In this document: positions 16,164 to 25,380 of the stretch, piece by piece
How positions within the stretch are numbered: the stretch's first letter is position 1
Layout of the letters: each line of letters opens with the position of its first letter
The notes under the pieces: generated by a model
Seen by the model: only the letters and a program-made list of their open reading frames with translations
Database searches by the model: none
Told to the model about the DNA's origin: nothing
Translations under genes and position numbers: made by a program
DNA from: Acidimicrobiia bacterium
GTDB taxonomy: Bacteria > Actinomycetota > Acidimicrobiia > Spongiisociales > ZC4RG35
Direction: 5' to 3'
DNA: 64,000 nt
NCBI GenBank assembly: GCA_965216495.1
Contig: OZ244163.1
Coordinates: forward strand, 1,194,109 to 1,258,108

Positions 16164-18472
16164 GACCGCTACGGATTGAGTTGTCGGGATTCTCGGCATA
16201 CAAGGCGCCGGTTGTCGTGGACTTCGAAGACGTCGAGTTCTTTGCCCTCACAGGACCTACCGGGTCTGGGAAGTCCAGCCTGGTGGACGCAATGATCTTC
16301 GCCCTCTACGGCAAGATTCCCCGCTTGACGGGCAACTCCATCGCTCCCGCTATCTCGGCGGGCTCGGATGAGGCAAGAGTGGCCTTCGCATTTGAGGTCG
16401 ACGGAGAGCGGTATGAGGTGGCGCGATTTGCCCGCCGTACCGAGGGAGGAGCCGGTGTCAGAGAGGCGAGGCTGGAAGGTCCGGTGACGGCCAACGGCGT
16501 GGGTGAGGTAAACCGCGCTGTCGAAGAGGTTCTGGCACTGGACTACGAAGACTTCATTCGTACGGTTGTTCTTCCCCAGGGTGAGTTCGCCAGATTTCTC
16601 AAAGCCAAGAAGTCAGAGCGTCAAAGTCTGCTCAGGAGCCTGCTCGGATTCGACCTCTATTCGCGAGTGGGTCAACTCGCCAAAACCCGGCGCGCCGTAG
16701 CTGCCGATCGCATTCAGACGGCAACTCGCGACCTCGAAGCCATTCCCCCAATCGATGAATCCGATGTCGAAGCCGGTGTGCGCCGAGTTGAAGCCTTGGC
16801 TGAGATGCACGCCGAGATCTCGACTCAGGAGCAGCAACTTGCCACGCTCCAGGACGAAGCCGAGAAAGCCAAGGAGTCAGCTACCCGCCTGCACTCCAGT
16901 ATCGCGAGACTCGGCGAACTGGCAGCGCCTGAGAACCTCGATCGGCTGGGCGCGCTCACCGAAGCGGCACGGTCAGCTGTCGAGAAGTCCGAGTTGGAGG
17001 TCAAAACCGCCAGGGACGATCTCGAAGCCACGATTGCCAAGCGGGAGAGCCATCCATCGACAGATCGAATCGAATTCTGGGCCGCTGCGTACCGCAATTT
17101 GGCCGAGTTGGACAACAGCTATCCGGACGGTGGGGTTGAGACTGCGCTGAAAGAGGTGACACGCGGGGCAGACGCGGCGACCACAGAGCTGGAGGCGATC
17201 GAATCAGCTTTGGCTGATCTGCGAACTCGTCATCTAGCTCACACCTTGGCCACTGCTCTCGAAGCTGGAGCGGAATGCCCCGTCTGTCGGCAGGAGATCA
17301 CCGAGATTCCGGAACGAGCTGACCTTCCTGAGTTCACTGAGATGGAGGACAAGAAGAAGGCGGCCGAACGGAGAGTTGAGGATCTGGAGCGACAGAGTTC
17401 GTCCATCAGGAGCCATCACATCAAGTTCCGGACGATATTGGAGGGGCTCGATGGAGCTCCGTCAGCCTCCGATCTCGAGGAGTTGCGAGATGTCACTCGA
17501 CAACTCGACGAGCGGGTCGGGGAGCTGAAGGCAGACCTTGCCGCGAAGGTCCGAGCGAACGCAGCTGCCGAGGCAGAACTCGAGAGGCTGGCTGAAGCTC
17601 AGAACCTGCTCGGGCACCAACTGACCGAAGCAGTGCTGCCACTTGCTGCCCTTGAACCTTCGATCTCCTCGAGTGACGATCCGGTGGTTCGGTGGAAAGA
17701 GCTGTTGGAGTGGCGCGATGGCAAGAAGCAGGAGCTTGTGGGCCTGGTCGCCGAGGCCGAGGATGCCAAACTCGCAGCATCTAGTAGTGAGGCCGAAGCC
17801 CGATCTGCGATCGAGGCAACGCTCCGTGCTGAAGGTATCGCCGCCGAGCCTCCATACGCGGATCGAATCGCGACTGCCCGGGAGATGGCTCAAGCCGAGG
17901 TCAAGCGTCTCGAGGAGACAGCCAAGCGTCGCCAGTCCCTCTCGAAGACGCTTCAGGCAGCGACTGAGGAGGAGGCAATGGCGGCGGCGCTGGTCAGCCA
18001 TCTCCGCGTCGACGGATTTGAGCGTTGGCTCATGGTCGACGCGTTGGAACAGCTCGTTGACGGAGCCAACGAATTGCTCGCCGACCTTTCTGGTGGTGGC
18101 TATTCGCTCCAGGTCGATGATGCCGGAAGCTTCTCTGTTGTAGACCATCGAAACGCTGACGAGCTGAGACTCGTCGACACACTCTCTGGAGGCGAGACGT
18201 TCCTAGCCTCGCTGGCCCTGGCCCTCGCCCTTGCCGAGACGTTGGCTTCGAAGGGCGGCTCGGCACTCGATGCCGTAATTCTCGACGAAGGATTTGGGAC
18301 ACTCGATGATGAGACCTTGGACGTTGTGGCATCAGTTCTCGAGGAGCTGTCCGGAGAGGGGCTGATGGTCGGGGTGATAACTCATGTGAAAGAACTGGCC
18401 ATCAGGGCACCGGCGCGGTACGAGGCCACACGACATCCGGGTGGGGTCGATGTGACCAGGATCGACTCATGA
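16160..18472 (+). CDS. sbcC: Rad50/SbcC-type SMC-like ATPase (short, 770 aa)
   Basis: Walker A LTGPTGSGKSS, a long Ala/Glu-rich middle region expected to be coiled coil, a central CPVC zinc hook (17276-17287), signature LSGGETF and Walker B AVILDEGFGTLD. ATGA overlap with sbcD. Confidence 0.85.
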   Translation: MRPLRIELSGFSAYKAPVVVDFEDVEFFALTGPTGSGKSSLVDAMIFALYGKIPRLTGNSIAPAISAGSDEARVAFAFEVDGERYEVARFARRTEGGAGVREARLEGPVTANGVGEVNRAVEEVLALDYEDFIRTVVLPQGEFARFLKAKKSERQSLLRSLLGFDLYSRVGQLAKTRRAVAADRIQTATRDLEAIPPIDESDVEAGVRRVEALAEMHAEISTQEQQLATLQDEAEKAKESATRLHSSIARLGELAAPENLDRLGALTEAARSAVEKSELEVKTARDDLEATIAKRESHPSTDRIEFWAAAYRNLAELDNSYPDGGVETALKEVTRGADAATTELEAIESALADLRTRHLAHTLATALEAGAECPVCRQEITEIPERADLPEFTEMEDKKKAAERRVEDLERQSSSIRSHHIKFRTILEGLDGAPSASDLEELRDVTRQLDERVGELKADLAAKVRANAAAEAELERLAEAQNLLGHQLTEAVLPLAALEPSISSSDDPVVRWKELLEWRDGKKQELVGLVAEAEDAKLAASSSEAEARSAIEATLRAEGIAAEPPYADRIATAREMAQAEVKRLEETAKRRQSLSKTLQAATEEEAMAAALVSHLRVDGFERWLMVDALEQLVDGANELLADLSGGGYSLQVDDAGSFSVVDHRNADELRLVDTLSGGETFLASLALALALAETLASKGGSALDAVILDEGFGTLDDETLDVVASVLEELSGEGLMVGVITHVKELAIRAPARYEATRHPGGVDVTRIDS

Positions 18473-19392
18473 AGTTCACAGTCGAAGCGTGGGACTCGGA
18501 CTATGGGGCGCCTACTGACTCAGAACTACAGGACGCCAGCGAAAACGTTGACGTCAGCATCGAGTTCCGTCCCGAGGAATGGAGGCCAGTCCTTCCCGAA
18601 GTTTCACCGGTGCCGGACATTCTTTTCGTTGACGGTGTTCGTCGCGTGGATGCGACGCTGTGGATCGATCAGCCACCTGATTTCCCTGCGTTCTCTCTGG
18701 CTGCGACCTACGCGGCTGGTGCTGTTCGATGTAACGGAAAGTCGCACGTGGAACAGGCAGTTGTTGAACGGGGGCTGTTCACCTCAGCAGGTGCCATTGA
18801 GATACCCACCTCGGTGGGCACTTACGAGGTCAAGGCCACCAAGGGAACTACGTCGGAAGAGCTTTGGCTCGGGATTCAGCAGCGGATGGCGACTCTCGAG
18901 GCCGAGGTTGCCCATCGCACCGGTGGGGCCGAACTGATAGTTGTGGACGGGCCACTTTCTCATTCTGGTGATGTCGAGAATGCGGTGGGCTATGTAAAAA
19001 CTCAGAAGGTGATGTATCTGCCACTTGAGTTGCGCCAGGTCCTGGCTGGGCTTCCTGCTGGATATCGAACACCCGTCTTCTTGATGACTACTGGTCGCTG
19101 GAGTCGCTTTAGTTGGTATCTGAGACTGGCCAATCACGCCGGTCCAGCCGGTGGCCTGGTGCGATGTGAACTAGATGCCGACATCACGCCGACCGAAGCC
19201 ATCAGCACCGCCAGTCGAGTGTCGGCGACTTTGCCCAGATATGCCTCGTCACGCCATAAGGACCCGCGGGCTCCGCAAAACCTCTACCCGATTGGCGGGT
19301 TGGAGCGCGAACTGCGACGCAGGCTGGGTGACAAGGAGATGGCAGTCAGGGCATTGAGACGAGCCTCGGCAGCGTTGTCAGCTTCTGCGTGA
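18469..19392 (+). CDS. nurA: NurA-like nuclease candidate (assignment mainly from operon position)
   Basis: ATGA-coupled to sbcC. Two hydrophobic-VDG segments (ILFVDGVRRVDA, LIVVDGPLSH) resemble the NurA acidic motifs. No stronger motif was recognised. Confidence 0.45.
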   Translation: MKFTVEAWDSDYGAPTDSELQDASENVDVSIEFRPEEWRPVLPEVSPVPDILFVDGVRRVDATLWIDQPPDFPAFSLAATYAAGAVRCNGKSHVEQAVVERGLFTSAGAIEIPTSVGTYEVKATKGTTSEELWLGIQQRMATLEAEVAHRTGGAELIVVDGPLSHSGDVENAVGYVKTQKVMYLPLELRQVLAGLPAGYRTPVFLMTTGRWSRFSWYLRLANHAGPAGGLVRCELDADITPTEAISTASRVSATLPRYASSRHKDPRAPQNLYPIGGLERELRRRLGDKEMAVRALRRASAALSASA

Positions 19393-19397
19393 AGCCG

Positions 19398-20333
19398 TCA
19401 TCCGTCGGTGGCGATGATCTCTCGCCGCGACGCCATATACGCCCCGACGACCACGGCCACGACTCCACCTATGGCGATCGGAGATATCGATTCGTCGCGG
19501 AAGGTGACTCCAAGAACGAGGGCCACCGCTGGAATCAGGTAAGTGAGAAATGATGCTCGAGGAGCGCCGACCCGACCGACAAGCCGGCTCATCATTATGA
19601 ACGCCAGGCCGGTGCCGAAGACTCCCGTTGCGAGAACTGCCAGCAAGGAAGCTAAGGAGAACGTCGACTGGGTCAACCCGTAGAGGCCGTACGGAGCAAC
19701 GAGCGCGGTGCTGATCATCAGAAACTGGCCAACCAATGGGACGGCTCCATACTTCTGTTGGAGGGGCGCGGCCATATTGAGAGAGATGGCGTATCCGATG
19801 GTCGCAACCAGGACCAGACCGACACCCAGTGCAGCAGTCGGTTCTTGACCGGCACTTGGTCCGGCGATAGCGGCTATTCCAATCCCGCCGAGTATCACAC
19901 CGACCATTTGAACCATGCGTGGCATTGACTTCAGAAGGAAGGCGGCCAGCACCATTGTGAAGACAGGTGTAACGCCGTTGAGCATCCCTGCAATGGCCGA
20001 GTCGATCCACTGCTGAGCGATCGGGAACAATGTCAACGGAACCGCGATCCAAGCAACAGCCAGAAGCAGGACTTTTGGCTTGTCTTCAGGTTCGAACTCT
20101 ACTTGCGCTGAGCCTCGGATCAGCGCCAGAAACAGCGCCCCGGACCCGACGCGAACAAGGGTGACCAGACCCGGGTGGAAGGTATCGAGTCCGATTGCCA
20201 TCAGAAGGAACGACGACCCCCAGATCATGACTAGTGCAAAGAACAGCCCCCAGTCGAGAGCCGTGAAAGCCTGCCGATTGGTGCCAAAGCTGGTCGAGAT
20301 CAGTCGCGTGTTCATCCTCATAAGAAACCCCAA
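19398..20333 (-). CDS. EamA/DMT family transporter
   Basis: 311 aa and hydrophobic along its whole length, with two similar halves typical of EamA repeats (helices not counted). Confidence 0.7.
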   Translation of the reverse strand: MGFLMRMNTRLISTSFGTNRQAFTALDWGLFFALVMIWGSSFLLMAIGLDTFHPGLVTLVRVGSGALFLALIRGSAQVEFEPEDKPKVLLLAVAWIAVPLTLFPIAQQWIDSAIAGMLNGVTPVFTMVLAAFLLKSMPRMVQMVGVILGGIGIAAIAGPSAGQEPTAALGVGLVLVATIGYAISLNMAAPLQQKYGAVPLVGQFLMISTALVAPYGLYGLTQSTFSLASLLAVLATGVFGTGLAFIMMSRLVGRVGAPRASFLTYLIPAVALVLGVTFRDESISPIAIGGVVAVVVGAYMASRREIIATDG

Positions 20334-20353
20334 CGGGGGATCCTCGGTTGCAG

Positions 20354-20986
20354 CTATCGGCTGAAGTCCCGGAAATATTCCGGGGTGGGGATAGCCGGAT
20401 CAAGTTCGGGAGCAGGCTGTGGTTCTCCGGCTTTCAAGGTGAACGGAATGACACCGGCCCAGATACTGGCATCTAGGTCTTCTGGATCATCATTGGGTCC
20501 ACCACTCCGGGCCTTTGCGGAGGTTTCGTCGAGGCTCAATGAGATGACGGCCGTCTGCCCGATCTCGGCCCTGGTAGATGGCCGAATGTCGGCAAGTCGG
20601 CCCGGCATGATGTGCTCAACGATGAGATCGAATGCCGCCTCCTTATCGTTGTCATCGACGATGTCGCCGATGCCGTGGACCACGACCGACCTGTAGTTCG
20701 CTGACGAGTGGAAGGCGCTTCGCGCCGCGACCAGCCCGTCTAGGTGAGTCACCGTCACGCAGAGGGGCGAGCCGCGTCTAACTGCCTTCGCCAATCCCAT
20801 CGAGTTCGAACCATGGATGAGGATTCGGTCTCCGTCTCGGGCGTAGAGAGTTGGTAAGACGACTGGCCGCCCGTCGATGACGTAGCCGACGTGGCACAGG
20901 AACCCGTCATCGAGGATGGCGTTGATGTCGCTCCGATCATCAACACTTCGGTCCGGGAGGCGGTTTAGCTCGGTCTTGTCACTCAT
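20354..20986 (-). CDS. pyridoxamine 5'-phosphate oxidase-family FMN-binding split-barrel protein
   Basis: INAILDDGFLCHVGYVIDGRPVVLPTLYARDGDRILIHGS is typical of the Pyridox_ox_2-type family. Confidence 0.7.
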   Translation of the reverse strand: MSDKTELNRLPDRSVDDRSDINAILDDGFLCHVGYVIDGRPVVLPTLYARDGDRILIHGSNSMGLAKAVRRGSPLCVTVTHLDGLVAARSAFHSSANYRSVVVHGIGDIVDDNDKEAAFDLIVEHIMPGRLADIRPSTRAEIGQTAVISLSLDETSAKARSGGPNDDPEDLDASIWAGVIPFTLKAGEPQPAPELDPAIPTPEYFRDFSR

Positions 20987-21980
20987 GCTCCGCCTTGGCC
21001 TGTCGAGTCATCAAAGCCGTCAGTGCCTCTCGCGGCCCGAGTATCCCATCCAGCACGTGGCCAACGTGTTCGGAAATCGGCATCTCGACGCCCTCCCGCG
21101 CCGCGAGCCCCAAGACGCTCTTTGTCGTCTTGACGCCTTCGGCGACCATTTTCATCTCGCCAATGATTGCCTCGAGCGAGTTGCCTTCTGCCAACCCGAC
21201 TCCGACCCTGTGATTGCGGCTCTTCGACGAACTGCATGTAGCGATCAGATCTCCCATGCCGGCAAGCCCCGCGAACGTTTCAGCCTTCCCTCCCAGGGCG
21301 ACGCCGAGCCTTGTTACTTCAGCGAGAGCCCGGGTCAGCAGCGTGGCTCGAGTGTTATCCCCGAAACCGAGTCCATCGGACATCCCTGAGGCGATAGCCA
21401 TGACGTTCTTCAGCGCACCGCCCAACTCGCAACCAATCAGATCCGGGTTGGTGTAGACGCGAAAGCTTGGCTGCATGAACAAGCCTTGAATTCGACTCGC
21501 TACTTCCTGGTTTTGCATCCCGACGACCGCTGCCGCTGGCTGGCCCGCCGCCACCTCCGATGCGAGATTCGGTCCGGTTAGGACCCCGATCATGGACCGG
21601 TCGAGTTTGTCGGCCTCGTCCAACATCACATCGGTCATGGTTTTCAGGGTGTCCTGTTCGATTCCTTTGGTGAGAGAAACGATCGGTGTGGTTGGGTTCA
21701 GGTCGACTGCGATCTGGCGGAACACTGCACGGAATCCGTGCGACGGGACCGCCATCACGACGACGTCCGCTCCGCTGACGGCTTCGTTGACTTGAGATGT
21801 CGCGGTGAGGAGTTCAGGGAGGGAGACACCTGCGAGATAGTCATCATTGCGATGGGTTGTGTTGATTTGGTTGGCCAGTTCAGGTCGCCTTGCCCACAGC
21901 CTGGTGCTGAGTTTCGACGCGGCAAGCGCGGCCACAGTGGTTCCCCACGATCCTGCTCCGATGACAGCGACTCGTTCCAT
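20979..21980 (-). CDS. gpsA: NAD(P)H-dependent glycerol-3-phosphate dehydrogenase
   Basis: VAVIGAGSWGTTVA Rossmann motif and GALKNVMAIASG...NTRATLLTRALAE are present. Length is 333 aa. Confidence 0.9.
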   Translation of the reverse strand: MERVAVIGAGSWGTTVAALAASKLSTRLWARRPELANQINTTHRNDDYLAGVSLPELLTATSQVNEAVSGADVVVMAVPSHGFRAVFRQIAVDLNPTTPIVSLTKGIEQDTLKTMTDVMLDEADKLDRSMIGVLTGPNLASEVAAGQPAAAVVGMQNQEVASRIQGLFMQPSFRVYTNPDLIGCELGGALKNVMAIASGMSDGLGFGDNTRATLLTRALAEVTRLGVALGGKAETFAGLAGMGDLIATCSSSKSRNHRVGVGLAEGNSLEAIIGEMKMVAEGVKTTKSVLGLAAREGVEMPISEHVGHVLDGILGPREALTALMTRQAKAEHE

Positions 21981-22036
21981 CCCGGCGTACCGTAATCAGG
22001 CACAATCTTCAGCGGTCTCTAATCTCGCGCCACTTC

Positions 22037-23119
22037 ATGGGTCTTTCCATAGGCATTGTCGGTTTGCCCAACGTTGGCAAGTCGACTCTCTTCAACGCTC
22101 TAACCAATGCCGGCATCCTTGCCGCGAACTATCCGTTCGCGACTATCGAGCCGAACACCGGCGTCGTGCCGGTCCCTGACCCGCGTCTTCCCCGCCTCGC
22201 TGAGATGTTTGGGTCGGCCAAGACGACTCCGGCCTCGGTGACGTTTGTCGATATTGCCGGACTCGTAGAGGGTGCCAGCAAGGGGGAAGGTCTCGGGAAC
22301 AAGTTCCTCCACAACATTCGCGAGGTCGACGCCATCTGCCACGTTGTGAGAGCTTTCGAGTCATCGAATGTGGTTCATGTCGACGACGCAATGGACCCCC
22401 AACGCGACATCTCGGTGATCGAGACCGAGCTCGCAATCGCCGATCTCGACACCGTTGAGAGAAGACTTGAACGAAACGAGAAGGAGGCGACAGCGGACCC
22501 ATCGCTTAGGCCGGTGGTCGAGACTCTTCGCCGCACCCGCGATCTCATCGCCGATGGGCAGTGGGTCGGCAACGACTCGTGGGTCATGGATAGAAGGTCC
22601 CACATCGCTGACTTGCATCTGCTGACAGCCAAACCAGTCATCTACGTCTTCAACCTTGACACGCGGCGGCTTCATGACGACGAGTTCACAGACTCCTTGC
22701 GAAGCTTGGTTGCCCCTTTGTCATCCTTGTTCCTGGACGCCCAGATCGAAGCGGAGGTAGCCGAGCTCGACGAACCCGAGAAGTCGGAGATGCTGACATC
22801 GATTGGGTTGGCCGAGCCGGGTCTCAACAAGGTGATATCCACGGCCTATTCGACCCTTGGATTGCAGAGCTTCCTGACCGCGGGAGAGAAGGAAACGAGA
22901 GCCTGGACCATTCGATCAGGGGCCACTGCACCAGAAGCCGCCGGTGAGATCCATACCGACTTCCAAAGGGGGTTCATCGCTGCTGAGGTCATTGCCTTTG
23001 AGCGGCTTGCTGAGGTCGGGTCTTGGACTGAAGCTCGCGCCGCCGGTCTGGTCCGCACTGAAGGTCGGGGCTACGAGATGAGGCCCGATGATGTCGTTGA
23101 GTTCCGGTTCAACACGTGA
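22037..23119 (+). CDS. ychF: ribosome-binding ATPase YchF
   Basis: IGIVGLPNVGKSTLFNALT, FVDIAGLVEGAS and the C-terminal TGS-like DFQRGFIAAEV...GRGYEMRPDDVVEFRFN are present. Confidence 0.9.
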   Translation: MGLSIGIVGLPNVGKSTLFNALTNAGILAANYPFATIEPNTGVVPVPDPRLPRLAEMFGSAKTTPASVTFVDIAGLVEGASKGEGLGNKFLHNIREVDAICHVVRAFESSNVVHVDDAMDPQRDISVIETELAIADLDTVERRLERNEKEATADPSLRPVVETLRRTRDLIADGQWVGNDSWVMDRRSHIADLHLLTAKPVIYVFNLDTRRLHDDEFTDSLRSLVAPLSSLFLDAQIEAEVAELDEPEKSEMLTSIGLAEPGLNKVISTAYSTLGLQSFLTAGEKETRAWTIRSGATAPEAAGEIHTDFQRGFIAAEVIAFERLAEVGSWTEARAAGLVRTEGRGYEMRPDDVVEFRFNT

Positions 23120-25348
23120 GTGAGCATTAAGTTGGATCTGGTGCTGGTAATCGCGGCCGCTGAAGGCGGCGGATCATTCGCCCCGCTCAGTGAGCACGAA
23201 GTCTTGGTGTTCTTGGTCCAGTTGGCCCTACTGATTGGTGTGGCCAGGATCTTCGGTTGGATTCTCAAGTCGATTGGTCAGCCTGCCGTGGTTGGCGAGT
23301 TGTTGGCGGGAATCTTTCTCGGACCCACCATTTTCGGGCGGATAGCGCCGGACACTTTCAATTGGGTCTTTGGTGAAGCCAAGGTGACATCAGTTGTGTT
23401 CGGGATTGCCTGGCTGGGGGTGATTTTCCTCCTGGTTGTCATCGGTTTCGAAACGGACCTCAACATCATCAAGCGGTTCCGGTCGGCCGCGCTCTCAGTG
23501 TCTGCGGGAGCCTTGTTGATCCCGCTGGCGGTAGCGGCCACCCTGGCCTTCTACGTCCCTGAAAGCTTTATAGGCGCCGGACCAAGTGGTGAAGGGGTGG
23601 ACCGAGCTGTCTTCGCTGGATTCCTTGCGTTGGCTCTCTCGGTATCGGCGCTACCGGTCGTGGCGAAGATCCTGCAAGACATGGGTTATCTCCGTCGCAA
23701 CTTCGGCCAGGTCACCCTTGCAGCGGGGATGACCATGGATGCGGTCGGCTGGTTGATTCTGGCTGCCCTCTCCGGGATCGCCCTTGACGGGTTCCGACCC
23801 GATCGGCTTGCCGCTTCTTTTGGCGGCCTGATCGTCTTCCTGATAGCTGGGTTCACGGTGGTCAAGTGGCTGCTCGACCGCCTGTTCAGAGCAGTCATGG
23901 CTTCGGGGTCGTCGATAACAGCCGCCATGTCCATAACGATTGTCGCCGCCTTGATCGGCGGTGCTGTCACCCAAGCCCTGAACATCGAGGCGATTCTCGG
24001 TGCTTACATCGTCGGCATCCTGGTTGCCGGTCTCCGGCATCAATTGCCGCAGGTCAGGTCGATCCTCGAGACGGTCACGGCAGCCTTGTTGGCGCCCGTT
24101 TTCTTTGCCTTCTCAGGCCTGCGGGTCGATCTTGGGTTGCTTGATACCGGAGACGTCTTGATGTGGACTGCGGTCCTGATTGTGGCTGCCATTCTCGCCA
24201 AGATTGTGGGAACAGTTGCCGGAGGATTCTTCGCAGGGGTCAGAGGTCGCGAGGCTCTCGCCCTCGGCTCTGGTCTTTCAGCTCTGGGTGCGATGGGAGT
24301 GGTTGTCGCGATCATCGGACTCAATCTCGGAGTGGTCAGCGAGACCGGATACACGGTGATGGTTTTGGCAGCGGTCGCCACCTCGGTCATTGCGCCTCAG
24401 CTGCTCAAGCTTGTGGTCCGCGGATGGGATATACCCGACGAGGAGGCGCAGCGACTCCGGGCAGAAGAAGTTCGGGAGTCGAGCGAGATTTTGCGCTCCA
24501 AAAGGGTGCTCCTTCCGACGCGAGGTGGCGCCAACAGTCGGTTCGCCAGCCAGCTGATCAGAGCGGTGTTCCCGGACGCCGAGTTGACAGTGCTGGTCGT
24601 CGACATTGCCAAGCCCGGCTTCTTCCGTCAGTTGTTCCGGACGGTTGAGGGTGAGCCAGCTGACACGACAGACGTCATCTCACAAGTTCCCGACGCTCGG
24701 GTGATTCGACGCCTCGCACGAGATCCTGCTGCGGCGATTGCCCGGGAAAGTGCCCTTGGGTATGACCTTGTGGTGCTCGGAGCCACGGAATCCAGTGAAG
24801 GCACCTTCAACAGCGTCATCGATCGGGTTCTTGCCCTCGTAGATGTTGCGACCATCGTGGTGAGACTTCCCGACGGTTCCGGTGCGGATGAACTGCCAGA
24901 GAGAATCCTCGTCCCCGTCGCTGCTACTCGGTCGACCCGCGCGGCCGAAGAGTTCGCCTATTCACTCGCCAAGGCGAACAATGGCCGCGCCTTCGCTTTG
25001 CATGTTGTGAATCGGCCAGAGGGGCAGGGAGTCTTGCGAGAGGACGCCACGGTTGCATCGAGTCTCGCTGCCGGTCAGGAGCTTGTCGGTGCGGCTGCAG
25101 CCTTTGGGGATCGTTTGGGAGTGGCGGTCGAAACAGGAGTGCGTGTCGCTCCAAACGCCGAAGAAGAGATCGTTACCTTCGGTAACAGCGGTGCGTTCGA
25201 TCTGTTGGTAATCGGAGCGAGCACTCGTTCCCTGACCGATCGTCCCTTCTTCGGGCACCGAATTTCCTACATGCTCGAGCAGTCTCATCTGCCGGTGGCC
25301 GTTGTGAGTCTGCCGCCGACGCGGATGCCTCAGGTGCCTGCTCACTAG
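23120..25348 (+). CDS. CPA2-type cation:proton antiporter fused to two C-terminal universal-stress-protein (USP) domains
   Basis: Na+/H+ exchanger-like TM core ([18 protein letters not shown]). The soluble tail has two USP-like halves (VLLPTRGG...VVLGA and [10 protein letters not shown]...LLVIGA). The GTG abuts the ychF stop (TGAGTG). Confidence 0.75.
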   Translation: MSIKLDLVLVIAAAEGGGSFAPLSEHEVLVFLVQLALLIGVARIFGWILKSIGQPAVVGELLAGIFLGPTIFGRIAPDTFNWVFGEAKVTSVVFGIAWLGVIFLLVVIGFETDLNIIKRFRSAALSVSAGALLIPLAVAATLAFYVPESFIGAGPSGEGVDRAVFAGFLALALSVSALPVVAKILQDMGYLRRNFGQVTLAAGMTMDAVGWLILAALSGIALDGFRPDRLAASFGGLIVFLIAGFTVVKWLLDRLFRAVMASGSSITAAMSITIVAALIGGAVTQALNIEAILGAYIVGILVAGLRHQLPQVRSILETVTAALLAPVFFAFSGLRVDLGLLDTGDVLMWTAVLIVAAILAKIVGTVAGGFFAGVRGREALALGSGLSALGAMGVVVAIIGLNLGVVSETGYTVMVLAAVATSVIAPQLLKLVVRGWDIPDEEAQRLRAEEVRESSEILRSKRVLLPTRGGANSRFASQLIRAVFPDAELTVLVVDIAKPGFFRQLFRTVEGEPADTTDVISQVPDARVIRRLARDPAAAIARESALGYDLVVLGATESSEGTFNSVIDRVLALVDVATIVVRLPDGSGADELPERILVPVAATRSTRAAEEFAYSLAKANNGRAFALHVVNRPEGQGVLREDATVASSLAAGQELVGAAAAFGDRLGVAVETGVRVAPNAEEEIVTFGNSGAFDLLVIGASTRSLTDRPFFGHRISYMLEQSHLPVAVVSLPPTRMPQVPAH

Positions 25349-25356
25349 AAACCGCC

Positions 25357-25369
25357 GATAAGGCTTATC
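25357..25369. promoter_or_regulatory. AT-rich perfect palindrome GATAAG-G-CTTATC, overlapping a -10-like TATCAT 9 nt upstream of the gcvP ATG
   Basis: Seen directly in the 32-bp spacer 25349-25380. Its function is inferred (operator and/or near-leaderless promoter). Confidence 0.3.
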
Positions 25370-25380
25370 ATCGCTCACCG

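Noticed and set aside
25349-25380. Glycine riboswitch upstream of gcvP
   Set aside because: Only 32 bp separate the upstream stop from the gcvP ATG. This is far too short for even a single glycine aptamer, and no aptamer-like conserved core was seen.
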